Source: Candidatus Poribacteria bacterium (GTDB taxonomy: Bacteria > Poribacteria > WGA-4E > WGA-3G). Taken from it: a stretch of 64,000 nucleotides of DNA. Below, one piece after another: positions 31,513-40,928 of the stretch; within the stretch, counting starts at the first letter, position 1; every line of letters begins with the position of its first letter. Location of the stretch: positions 3,169,394 through 3,233,393 of the forward strand of contig OY730443.1 in NCBI GenBank assembly GCA_963422705.1, written 5' to 3'. A program made the translations under genes and the position numbers. The notes under the pieces were generated by a model that was not told the origin of the DNA, searched no databases, and saw only the letters and a program-made list of their open reading frames with translations.

Positions 31513-32808
31513 ATGCGACATGTAACCCTACGAAAACGCCCCAAACGTCAACGTTGCCGTACCTGTCGTTCCGATAACGGTAAACGTATCTGCCCTGCAC
31601 TCAGCGGCATGTTAATCTGTCCTGAATGCTGTAGAGCGAAACGCGCGAAGATTCCTGGGTGTGATGAGAAGTGCCGGTACTACGCCCCGCTCCTTGTTTC
31701 AAGCAAGGTGCAGAAGATGCCCGATTACCCAATACACCGGTGTCTTGTCAGTCGTTCAAGCGATACCGGGATGTTAATCGTAGTCGGCACGCGAAAACGT
31801 CCAGATGGGAACGTGAAGGCGATGTTTCTGCTTCTTGACCTCTGGAAAAAAGGCATCCGGGACTGCTTTTTTGATGCAAATCTCTCCGAGAAACAGTTTG
31901 AACGTGTTGCCCAAAGCATCGGCAAAAGTTACAATTTAATGGAATATGCCGGGCTCGACGAGCCGGACGAAATCGACGGGGAGGCAGCGCCTGTAGATAT
32001 TCGCCTGCCGAGAAATACGCTGGTTATTGAAGCGGATGCTGCGGTACACGTGGATAAAGGCGTACGTATCATTGAGCATGAAGGGGCATCCGGGGGAAAA
32101 GCGATTGATAGCCTGAGAGGCGCCCGCGCAATACACGAAATTTATATTCCGAAGACCGGGCGATGGTACGTTTGGTTGCGCGTTCTCTTTGACAGTGGCA
32201 GAAAAGACTCTTATTGGGTGGGGATGGATGACGCGAAAGCGCACCCTTGGAATCAAGAAGGCGGCCCCGGGGCAATCAAAATTTATGCGGAACCTGGGGA
32301 CTCCAAAAAATGGAGACGCTGGCTCTGGGATTCCGGCATAGATAACATCCATGGAATCAGTCCGTGTTTTTTTCACGTAAAACAGACAGGGTACTATCAG
32401 CTCTGGTCCAAAGGGAGGGAGCCGGGTTCTTGCTTGGACCAGATTTGTCTGACACGTTCTCGAAATTTTAATCCGGAAATCGCATCGGATGGAAAACCCC
32501 TCCCAGTTATGCGGGCACCGCATCCTTACGAGCCAATTTCCGTTCACGAATCCCAAAAACTCATCCGTCATGCTGTTGACATTGCAACCGCCGTTAACAC
32601 CGAATTGCCTTGGGAATTTCAATATTGGGTTCATGATATGTGGGGCGATATCTCCAAATTTCCTAAAACGGAAGGCTCTCTCTATAAATGCCCGAAGTGT
32701 GGCGAGGAGCTGCCCCGACAAGCAGTTGAACTGATGATACAACACGCGCAGTCGGATGATATTCAATTCTACATCTTATGCCGAAAGTGCGGGGGCGAAT
32801 TTGATTGA
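31513..32808 (+). CDS. Hypothetical Cys-rich protein with a C-terminal zinc-ribbon
   Basis: N-terminal CxxC cluster (CRTCRS...CPECC...CDEKC) and C-terminal CPKCGEEL...CRKCGGEF. The true start is probably internal. An antisense ORF also exists. Confidence 0.4.
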   Translation: MRHVTLRKRPKRQRCRTCRSDNGKRICPALSGMLICPECCRAKRAKIPGCDEKCRYYAPLLVSSKVQKMPDYPIHRCLVSRSSDTGMLIVVGTRKRPDGNVKAMFLLLDLWKKGIRDCFFDANLSEKQFERVAQSIGKSYNLMEYAGLDEPDEIDGEAAPVDIRLPRNTLVIEADAAVHVDKGVRIIEHEGASGGKAIDSLRGARAIHEIYIPKTGRWYVWLRVLFDSGRKDSYWVGMDDAKAHPWNQEGGPGAIKIYAEPGDSKKWRRWLWDSGIDNIHGISPCFFHVKQTGYYQLWSKGREPGSCLDQICLTRSRNFNPEIASDGKPLPVMRAPHPYEPISVHESQKLIRHAVDIATAVNTELPWEFQYWVHDMWGDISKFPKTEGSLYKCPKCGEELPRQAVELMIQHAQSDDIQFYILCRKCGGEFD

Positions 32809-35087
32809 TAAGGAATCAATTCGTGAGCAAATCCACGCCGACTGGCATTCACCGCATTCTGATTGTGACGGGGCATGCACGCATTCACATCGATGGAATG
32901 CGACATGTCGCATCTGTTATTTTTATGAGGTTTTGTATCGGTATGTCTCGCGCCCTACTGATAATAAGTCTTAGCCTCTTTACATCGCTAGCCATCCCCG
33001 CGCCACCGAACCCTTCTTATTACTTTAACGTCGATGTCGTAACAGGTGAATTGCACCCTAAATTTCCACAGAGTGCCCTTAAGTTTATGCAGGCACTGGA
33101 TGGCTGCTGCTTTGCCGCGCCGCAGCGCAATCTGCAGCCTGATGGTGTTGAATATGTGCTCGCCCTCAAGGTGGATTTTGTTGATGTACCCGGACTTAGG
33201 ACTGGTACTGAATTAACGCAATACCTTTTTGATACAGACGGCGTTTCTTTGAAAACCTACTACTGGGAAAATTCTTATGGCCAAATGGATATCCAACCGG
33301 GCCCGCTCGGGGGTGTTGTACCGGCTGGCAATCGCTGGGTACGCGCGAAAAAACCGATGGGTTATTACGGGGAGGGGGGCGGCGTTAACGTTGTTCGCAG
33401 TCAAGAATTGGTGCGCGAGGTGTGTCAAGCCGTCGATGCAAGTATCGATTTTTCGCAGTATGACAGGGACAAGGATGGGCGTGTAGAACATGTTTTTATC
33501 ATTCATTCGGGCAATGACAACGCAACGTCCGGTGTACCCGAGGATATCTGGTCTGCCTTAATCCCGGGCATTGGGCTGACGGTTGATAGCGTATTAATTG
33601 ACACTGCTGTGCTCGTTGCTGAGGAACCGGATTTTGAGTACCCGCATTTGGGCATCTACTTTCACGAATTCTTCCACAATTTCGGTGCGCCAGACATTTA
33701 TGGGCTTAATTTCACCGATGCCCGTGACAATAAATGGTCCCTGATGGGCGCATTTGGGCCTTATCAGGGACCTGATGTACGCGGTTTTGGAAACGGTTTA
33801 GCCCCAAGTCATATCATGGGGTATCTCAAATGGGATTTCGATGGGCGCCCGGAAAATGGGCGCGTTGGGTGGATTGAACCTGTAACTATCACACAAAATG
33901 GAAATTTCTCTATTCCGAGTTTCGCGCTTCCACCGAAAACTGACAAGCTTTTCAAAATTGATATTACCAACCTAGCGAACAGATTTGGTGACTCACTGGG
34001 ACGGAACGTCTCTGAATTCTTCCTGATAGAAAATCGTTACAAAGCCTCTGGAACGAGGTTTGATACCTACTTGCCTGAATCCGGTATTCTGATATGGCAT
34101 ATTGATGAAAGATACGTGCGCCCCGTTGGCAGTTTTGATGCCTCGCAACAGATTTGGCTTGAAGATCCGACAGATCCGGAACACATCGGAATTTCAGAAA
34201 CCGGGACGGGGTTTATAGATATTCAGCGCATTACCAACGGTGCGGCTTACTCCGCTGATGATGGGCAGACATCTTTTACGCCCGGGAGTTTGCCGAATAG
34301 CAATGCCAACGACGGCACTGTAACCGGTATCTCAATTACCAATATCGGGCCTGAAGGGCTAACCGTTCCCATAAGCGTATCCTTTGGAGATACATACGAA
34401 CCCAATGATACGTTCGCTCGGGCATTTCCCATCAGATATGGACAGCTATACGAATCCTTCATTTTTGATGCGACTGATACGCGTGATATCTACCAATTGG
34501 AAGTACTCAAGGGTATCACGATTCGTGTGACGCTTACACATGTTTCGCGCTTACAAAAGTACGCTCTTTTTCTGATGGATGGGAGGAATGAAATCAGAAA
34601 AGAGGCGGATTTGGACATTTCTTCTTCCAATCCCGCTGAGCTTATCACCAATTCTATTCGGCTGCAACTCGTTTATCAGCCTGATGTGACAGGGACGTTC
34701 TACATTATTATAGAGTCAGATGGTGGCTTTAGCAATGTTGATTCTTACAGGCTGCAAGTAGAGCAGTTGGAGGCCGGGGCTTTCGGCATCGCGTCGCTTC
34801 GGATTTATCCGAATCCCCTGCGCCTCGACGATGGGATGATGAATTTTGAATATCAGCTTGCCGCATCGCAAACGGCGGATAGTGTCAAACTTGAGATTTT
34901 TAGCCTCGCTGGTGACATAGTATACAATGACATGCATCGGGAGGTTTTTTCAGGCGGCACGTTCCAATGGCGAGGGGTAACGCGGACTGGCAGTCAAATC
35001 GCACCCGGTATCTATGTTTACCGAATCTCTGCGAGCCAAGCAGATATCAGCACGCAAGAGATTGGTAAGGTGATTCTGCTCAAATAG
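32805..35087 (+). CDS. M6 (immune inhibitor A)-like zinc metallopeptidase with a T9SS-type C-terminal sorting domain
   Basis: HEFFHNFGAPDIYG matches HExxHxxGxPDxY of the M6 family. Signal peptide/TM. C-terminus LRIYPNPLRLDDG...EIFSLAGDIVY resembles Por CTD. Confidence 0.65.
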   Translation: MIRNQFVSKSTPTGIHRILIVTGHARIHIDGMRHVASVIFMRFCIGMSRALLIISLSLFTSLAIPAPPNPSYYFNVDVVTGELHPKFPQSALKFMQALDGCCFAAPQRNLQPDGVEYVLALKVDFVDVPGLRTGTELTQYLFDTDGVSLKTYYWENSYGQMDIQPGPLGGVVPAGNRWVRAKKPMGYYGEGGGVNVVRSQELVREVCQAVDASIDFSQYDRDKDGRVEHVFIIHSGNDNATSGVPEDIWSALIPGIGLTVDSVLIDTAVLVAEEPDFEYPHLGIYFHEFFHNFGAPDIYGLNFTDARDNKWSLMGAFGPYQGPDVRGFGNGLAPSHIMGYLKWDFDGRPENGRVGWIEPVTITQNGNFSIPSFALPPKTDKLFKIDITNLANRFGDSLGRNVSEFFLIENRYKASGTRFDTYLPESGILIWHIDERYVRPVGSFDASQQIWLEDPTDPEHIGISETGTGFIDIQRITNGAAYSADDGQTSFTPGSLPNSNANDGTVTGISITNIGPEGLTVPISVSFGDTYEPNDTFARAFPIRYGQLYESFIFDATDTRDIYQLEVLKGITIRVTLTHVSRLQKYALFLMDGRNEIRKEADLDISSSNPAELITNSIRLQLVYQPDVTGTFYIIIESDGGFSNVDSYRLQVEQLEAGAFGIASLRIYPNPLRLDDGMMNFEYQLAASQTADSVKLEIFSLAGDIVYNDMHREVFSGGTFQWRGVTRTGSQIAPGIYVYRISASQADISTQEIGKVILLK

Positions 35088-35353
35088 GAACACGATGGAA
35101 TCCACCGCATTTTTCTGGACCCGGATGAGTCAGGCTTTTTTCGCTGAATTTGTTTTTTTACAGTCAGATAGTTTTTAACCGGTTATCTTGCTATTGCTTC
35201 CGAATTAAAAAAATTGACGAAAAACTGCAATTATGATAGTTTAAAGAAAAGCCGTTTGGCATAGGCATTAAAAGTCAGGGCGGACAGTGTATGTTGCGCA
35301 ACTTATTTCATATCCGCTCATAGTTAATTGTAAACAAGGAGGCAATATTATCA

Positions 35354-36439
35354 ATGAAATGGTTCAATAAATTGCAATATGGATTCGCGAGCGCTGCCGT
35401 ATCGACATGGCTGAACGTTGCGCTGCTATTTGTGTTCGCGCTTGGCGTTGCAGGGTGTGGTACCTCTCTTAGCAACTTATCCCCGATTCAACCGGCGGAG
35501 AATATAGCGGAGGCGCTGATGTTAAAGAGCCAAAACCCGGAAAATGAGGTGACTGTCCCTAAGGTTCCTGCTGAGGAGCTCGTCACGCCGTTCTTAGCTA
35601 AGCACGGTATGCAGACTGTTGGATTCCGTGTTGGAAAGGCGCGAAATGTGAACATGCAAGCGTTAACCTATCTATTGGCGTTTGAAGAGTACGCGCATTT
35701 GGAAAAAGAGTGGGGAAAATTTCTCAACGAGTGGGACGAAACCAAAACTCAGATTGAAATGGGTAAAGGTGATGATGATAAGAAGATGGTTGATGTCGTC
35801 TTAGTGTCACATTTTCCAACACTTTTTGATGTTCAGGCGAAACAGCCTATTGTCACCAAGAGCTTGGATGGAATTACCGTCTCGATTGTTTATTGGCGGC
35901 GCCCGGATCTGGACCGGAAGTACAACCGTGGAAACGCTTTTTCACCTTTTTACGAAACAGAGGCACTTCACCAAGGTGACAAAACGGATGTATTTTACGT
36001 CAAGATTACCAATAACCGGAGTGAAAACATCCTCTTTGATGTCAAAAACTGCAAAATCATCGACCAGGGTGACAATGAATATTACGGTTTGGATTACGAT
36101 GATTTAGAGGAACGTCTCGTCCTGATTCCGCGTGCGACAGGGCTTTATGTCAAAAATGGGCTTGAAAAAGCGCGACAGATTTTGATTGAAAGACGAATGA
36201 AGATTGTTGAAAAACAGGTGGGGGCCCGGCGGACAGGTGTGCCGCCAGGCGAAAGTGTGGAAGGCTTCGTGGCTTTTTCACAGACGAAGTTGAACGCGAT
36301 AGAAATTAACGTTGTGCTCCCGATTGAAAAAGCACCGCCCCCGGAGGGCGCGCAGCGTTACCAAACGGTGGAATTTGAATTTCCGTTTATCCACGACAGA
36401 GGTATTCGTATTGCACAGCCTTCCCCAAGACGTTATTAG
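35354..36439 (+). CDS. Lipoprotein of unknown function
   Basis: Signal peptide with lipobox-like VAGCGT. Strong RBS AAGGAGG. Confidence 0.5.
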   Translation: MKWFNKLQYGFASAAVSTWLNVALLFVFALGVAGCGTSLSNLSPIQPAENIAEALMLKSQNPENEVTVPKVPAEELVTPFLAKHGMQTVGFRVGKARNVNMQALTYLLAFEEYAHLEKEWGKFLNEWDETKTQIEMGKGDDDKKMVDVVLVSHFPTLFDVQAKQPIVTKSLDGITVSIVYWRRPDLDRKYNRGNAFSPFYETEALHQGDKTDVFYVKITNNRSENILFDVKNCKIIDQGDNEYYGLDYDDLEERLVLIPRATGLYVKNGLEKARQILIERRMKIVEKQVGARRTGVPPGESVEGFVAFSQTKLNAIEINVVLPIEKAPPPEGAQRYQTVEFEFPFIHDRGIRIAQPSPRRY

Positions 36440-36547
36440 CTTTAAGTGATAGCGGAGGTATCTTCCCGTCGGATGTATGTGCGTAATCAGCACCCCGCGT
36501 GGCGATGCGCGTTGTCGAAGTCTTGTTATTTTTCTAAATGCTCGTTG

Positions 36548-36588
36548 TGTTATCTTACAGCGAGCATTTTTTTCGGGTGAATGGTACC
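36548..36588 (+). terminator. Intrinsic terminator between the convergent lipoprotein and helicase genes
   Basis: aatgctcg-ttgtgttatcttacag-cgagcatt hairpin followed by TTTTTTTC. Confidence 0.55.
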
Positions 36589-36669
36589 TTCAGGTTTAAC
36601 GAGAATTGGATATCAGCGCGTTTTGTGAAAAGGGGATACTCCCATAGGTTCGTGTCCGGGGTGGACAAG

Positions 36670-38769
36670 TTAACCTTCCACGATTTCACAATCTGGAAGT
36701 GAATCCAAGAAATGTTTGCTGTAATTCCCCGTTTTAATTCTCGGGTCGAGAATGACGACAATCCCTTTATCGGTTTGTGTGCGGATGAGCCGCCCGAACC
36801 CCTGCTTGAGGCGTAGTATTGCCTCCGGTAAACTGAACTCAAAGAACGTATTTCCGCCGCGCTCTTTAATCTGTTTAACGCGTGCCTCTAACACAGGGTG
36901 CGTTGGTACCTCAAATGGGAGCCGTGTAATAATCACATTGCTAAGGGCCTCCCCACGGATATCCACGCCTTCCCAAAAGGTGGCAGTGCCGAATAAGACG
37001 GAGTTGGTATCCTCACGAAACGCACCAAGCATGTTTGTGCGAGAGAGTTCACCCCCCTGTTTGAAGGCAGCAATCCCTATCTCATCAAGGTAAGGGGCAA
37101 GCGCATCGTAAACCTCATCCATCATTTTATAACTGGTAAACAGAACAAATGCTTTGCCATGTGTCAATTTGAGGTAGTGTTTAATGTGGTGAATTGCTGC
37201 CGGTGTAAACTTAGGACTGTTCGGGTGAGGCATAGAACCTTGAATGTGGATGCGTACCTGTTGCTTAAAGTTGAACGGCGAGTCGACGAGGAGCTCTCGA
37301 CAGCCAGTGACTCCAACCCGCTCTTTAAAGTAATCAAAGGTGTGTTTGGTAGAGAGGGTTGCGCTTGTCATCACCACGCTGTTTTTAGTGTTGAAAAGGA
37401 TATCTTGTAACATCTCGTTGATGTTTGTCGGTGTCGCGTTTAAGTGGATGCGTGAGGTGTGTTCGCGGGTTGTGATTTCAGCCCAATAGACATAATCTGA
37501 ATCGGTTTGACGGATTATCATGTCCAGTTCGTCACGGAGCCGTTTGGAGTGTAGGTAATGTGCCGTAATCTCTTGTTCATCATCATCGGTTTTGGCATCG
37601 TTTCGAAGTCGTTCTAAAGTGTTCTCAATTTCTGCGAGTGGATAATCTAACAGATTTGTGATAAAATTAGCGCGCTCGATGAGTTTGGTGGGCGGCTGGG
37701 AAGCGACTTCTCTATTGCTAAAAGAGACGGCGGGATTCACCGTTGATTCGCCGATTTTATCGATGATTTCCTCAAAAAGGCGCTGTGCCTGTTGACGTGC
37801 TTCCGAGACTTGAACTTTCAGTTGTGATGAATTAAAACGTGCCGCTAACCCGGTTTTCTTCCCTTCGTTGTAGAGCGAATCGAGGAGCCATTTTACCTGA
37901 GTGTTGCTGAATTTAACACTACCATGGTGTGTCGCGGTTGCTTCCAAGTGGTGTGCCTCATCGATGATGAGATAGTCATAGTCAGGCAAAATCGCGGCTG
38001 CTTCATTTTTTTTGCGGAGTACTAAATCGCTTAAAAGCAGAGAGTGGTTGACAATGAGGAGTTCTGCACCTTGCATCTTTCTACGCGCTTCGAAGTAGAA
38101 ACAGGTTTCGTAAGTCGGGCATCTGCGCCCGAGGCAGTTATCCCGCTGGGAGACAACTTTATCCCATATTTTAGGTAGTGGTTCCCGCGGCAAATCTGCC
38201 CTGCTTCCATCCGTTGTGAGGTTCACCCATTCCGTGATGTCCGTGACTTCATCCACCTCCTCTCGTGTATCAAAGAGTCCACGCGGATATTCAAGTAATG
38301 TTTTGAGCCGTCTCCGGGAGAGGTAATTCCCGCGCCCTTTTGCGAGCACTGCAGTGAAATTGCGTGGCAGGATGTCCTCCAGAAACGGAATGTCCTTCAT
38401 AATGAGTTGTTCCTGCAAACTGATGGTGTTTGTTGAGATGACAACCGTTTGCGCTTCCTTGCATGCCAGCGAGATTGCGGGTATCAGATAGGCGAAACTT
38501 TTGCCTACCCCGGTACCCGCCTCCACAATCAGATGTTCTGAGGCGAGGAATGCACGGGCCACTTCATTTGCCATGTGCAGCTGCTCTTCTCGAAATTCAT
38601 AGCTATCGAGTTGTTGTGAGATAAGTCCACCGGGGCTAAAGATTTCTTTCAAGGTAAGCGGTTTTGATGTTTGTGACATTTTTCGGGGACAGAAGTGATA
38701 AGATATATCTGTCGTCGATGAATTTGTATACCCTGGTGGGCAGTTGCTCCTCATGTCGAAATTCGGCAA
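36670..38769 (-). CDS. DinG/Rad3-family ATP-dependent DNA helicase with an Fe-S domain
   Basis: Motif I VEAGTGVGKSFAYLIPA, DEAH box IIDEAHHLE, and the Cys cluster CLGRRCPTYETCFYF. Confidence 0.8.
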   Translation of the reverse strand: MPNFDMRSNCPPGYTNSSTTDISYHFCPRKMSQTSKPLTLKEIFSPGGLISQQLDSYEFREEQLHMANEVARAFLASEHLIVEAGTGVGKSFAYLIPAISLACKEAQTVVISTNTISLQEQLIMKDIPFLEDILPRNFTAVLAKGRGNYLSRRRLKTLLEYPRGLFDTREEVDEVTDITEWVNLTTDGSRADLPREPLPKIWDKVVSQRDNCLGRRCPTYETCFYFEARRKMQGAELLIVNHSLLLSDLVLRKKNEAAAILPDYDYLIIDEAHHLEATATHHGSVKFSNTQVKWLLDSLYNEGKKTGLAARFNSSQLKVQVSEARQQAQRLFEEIIDKIGESTVNPAVSFSNREVASQPPTKLIERANFITNLLDYPLAEIENTLERLRNDAKTDDDEQEITAHYLHSKRLRDELDMIIRQTDSDYVYWAEITTREHTSRIHLNATPTNINEMLQDILFNTKNSVVMTSATLSTKHTFDYFKERVGVTGCRELLVDSPFNFKQQVRIHIQGSMPHPNSPKFTPAAIHHIKHYLKLTHGKAFVLFTSYKMMDEVYDALAPYLDEIGIAAFKQGGELSRTNMLGAFREDTNSVLFGTATFWEGVDIRGEALSNVIITRLPFEVPTHPVLEARVKQIKERGGNTFFEFSLPEAILRLKQGFGRLIRTQTDKGIVVILDPRIKTGNYSKHFLDSLPDCEIVEG

Positions 38770-38779
38770 TAGTGATTCC

Positions 38780-40141
38780 CTATTTTTTCAACAGAAGGGT
38801 TACCTGTTCTGTGCCATGACTGCTTTTTATATCAAGGATGAGCTCCGGCACATTGCGTTGTGCCTGTAGAAACGCGTCGAATGCTCGCACGTCGCGAATT
38901 TTCTTGCCGTTGATTGAAATGATGAGGGTGCCTATCGGAATTCTTGCATTGAACGCCGGCGCATTTGTCTTAATCCGTTCAACGATAACACCTTCGTCCG
39001 TATTGGTGAGGTAGGTGTACCTTTCAAAATCGCGTTTCTCCAGTTTTCGCACCGCGACGCCGATGGTTTTCCATGCGACAGAGTCGCTTTCAAAGGCTTT
39101 TCCTGTGAATTCTACCGGCATTTCTGCGATGATTACGTTGAACGTTCGTTCCTGCCCATTCCGGATTACCGTAATTTTAGACTGTTTCCCGATTTGCGAG
39201 TCGGCAATCCACATTTTGAATTCGTTCTCGTCTTGAACTTTTTGTCCGTTGTATTTAACAATCACGTCGCCTCGTTGTAACCCGAAACGGTGCGCTGGGC
39301 TCCCTTGTCTGACCCGGTTCACGCGAATTCCCCGGGGCATCCTCTGCATTCCAATCCCTAAAAACCCGCGGATGACGCGTCCGTTGGCGACAAGCTGTTT
39401 GCTAACCTTTTTGACGAGGTTGCTTGGAATCGCGAAGCCTGCCCCCGCCCTAACGGCTTTTGGAACCGCTTTATCATTCGACGGGGTGTCAGAACGGCGA
39501 ATTAATGCGTTAATTCCAATCACCTCGCCACGGATATTCAGCAACGGCCCGCCGCTGTTACCGGTATTAATCCATGCATCCGTCTGGATGAAATCTTGAT
39601 ACCGAATAATACCGATGTCCCGGAATATCGTTCTCCCTTTGCCGCTCACGATGCCGCGTGTCACTGTGTGCGCCAATCGAAACGGGTTACCGATAGCGAT
39701 GGCGAATTGCCCAACGCGAACCTGCTCTGAATCTGCCAAGGGGAGAACCGGTAGCTCTACTTCCGCATCAATTTTCAAGACGGCGATATCAGTGTTAAGA
39801 TCTGTTCCTACCAAGTTGGCATCCCATTCAGTTCCATCTAATAGCCGAATCTTGAGTCTGCTTCCACCACGTATCACATGTTCATTGGTTAGAATGTAGC
39901 CGTCTTTTCGGAAGATAAACCCTGAGCCCTCTAAACGTTGATGTTGATTTTCATGGTTCATGTATATGGAACTGACACCGACAATAGCAGGTGTGCTTTT
40001 CGCTGCCACAGTGACAAAAGCGTTATCGAGGGCGGATAGCAGTTCTATATCTGTGGGGTGGCTTGTCCCGGGCCCACAGGAAGCTATTGTACTGATAAGA
40101 AGAATGAATAAAAAATAGTTAACGAAGATATTTTTTTTCAT
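38780..40141 (-). CDS. htrA: Periplasmic serine endoprotease HtrA/DegP family (protease plus two PDZ domains)
   Basis: Signal peptide. Catalytic triad context ILTNEHV, DIAVLKI, GNSGGPLLN. PDZ-like C-terminal domains. Confidence 0.85.
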   Translation of the reverse strand: MKKNIFVNYFLFILLISTIASCGPGTSHPTDIELLSALDNAFVTVAAKSTPAIVGVSSIYMNHENQHQRLEGSGFIFRKDGYILTNEHVIRGGSRLKIRLLDGTEWDANLVGTDLNTDIAVLKIDAEVELPVLPLADSEQVRVGQFAIAIGNPFRLAHTVTRGIVSGKGRTIFRDIGIIRYQDFIQTDAWINTGNSGGPLLNIRGEVIGINALIRRSDTPSNDKAVPKAVRAGAGFAIPSNLVKKVSKQLVANGRVIRGFLGIGMQRMPRGIRVNRVRQGSPAHRFGLQRGDVIVKYNGQKVQDENEFKMWIADSQIGKQSKITVIRNGQERTFNVIIAEMPVEFTGKAFESDSVAWKTIGVAVRKLEKRDFERYTYLTNTDEGVIVERIKTNAPAFNARIPIGTLIISINGKKIRDVRAFDAFLQAQRNVPELILDIKSSHGTEQVTLLLKK

Positions 40142-40928
40142 AGTAAACCTCGTTCTTCCGATTTATCGCCAAGCGCCCCTGCTGAGGGGAGGCGAAATCT
40201 CCGATGGCAAGGTTAGCTGAAGTTACATCCATCAGGATGTTGTGTTGATTCACGGCTTCATCCGAATTGTCGGTGTAGCACCCGGCGCCCGGATACTGTC
40301 GCAGGGCGAGGTTCGCTGTCTGTCATCGTGCCCGCTCAGTAGGTGAGTGTGCGGCGAAATCGCGCGATGCCCTACCTTAATAAGCGCAACACGGCCGCGG
40401 ATTTTATTCAGTTCATCTGCTTGTTGTCAGGCGGATTCCACCCGTTGACCGGAGTGGGATTCAGCATCTTATCGTCAGAGAATATGGCTAATTGGCATAG
40501 GGATAGGCATACAACACCGCAATCCAATCGCTGAACTCATTCTTGGGATGAAATCGGGCCATGTGGCGGTACAAGCGAGCGTCTGTGTTAATTCAGCTAA
40601 CGTTGTCTAATCCTTAAACGCCTGTTTCAGCGCCTCAATTCTTAAGAGCACATCGTCAGGGAATCCTTTACTTCCGTGCCACTCCTTGCCCCTTCCGTTC
40701 TCAATAATATCGTCACGTTCTAAAAAAAACTGTTAAGTACCGGTACGAAATCTATCAGGCTGCACTAGCGTTCCTGCTGTTGTTTATCATATTTTAACAT
40801 CGTTTTTGTTACCTTGTCAAGTGTGTTTCGTGTGCCACGCAGGCCCATTCAGTTATCTGTTAAGAACTAAGAATAGACGCTAAATCACTTAACTTCCTAT
40901 TTTATCAATACCCTTACCGGGACTGGTT

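Noticed and set aside
31936-32766. 276-aa minus-strand ORF overlapping the 31513..32808 gene
   Set aside because: The + strand frame is longer, carries paired CxxC zinc-ribbon motifs and is translationally coupled to the downstream protease. The minus frame has no recognisable features.
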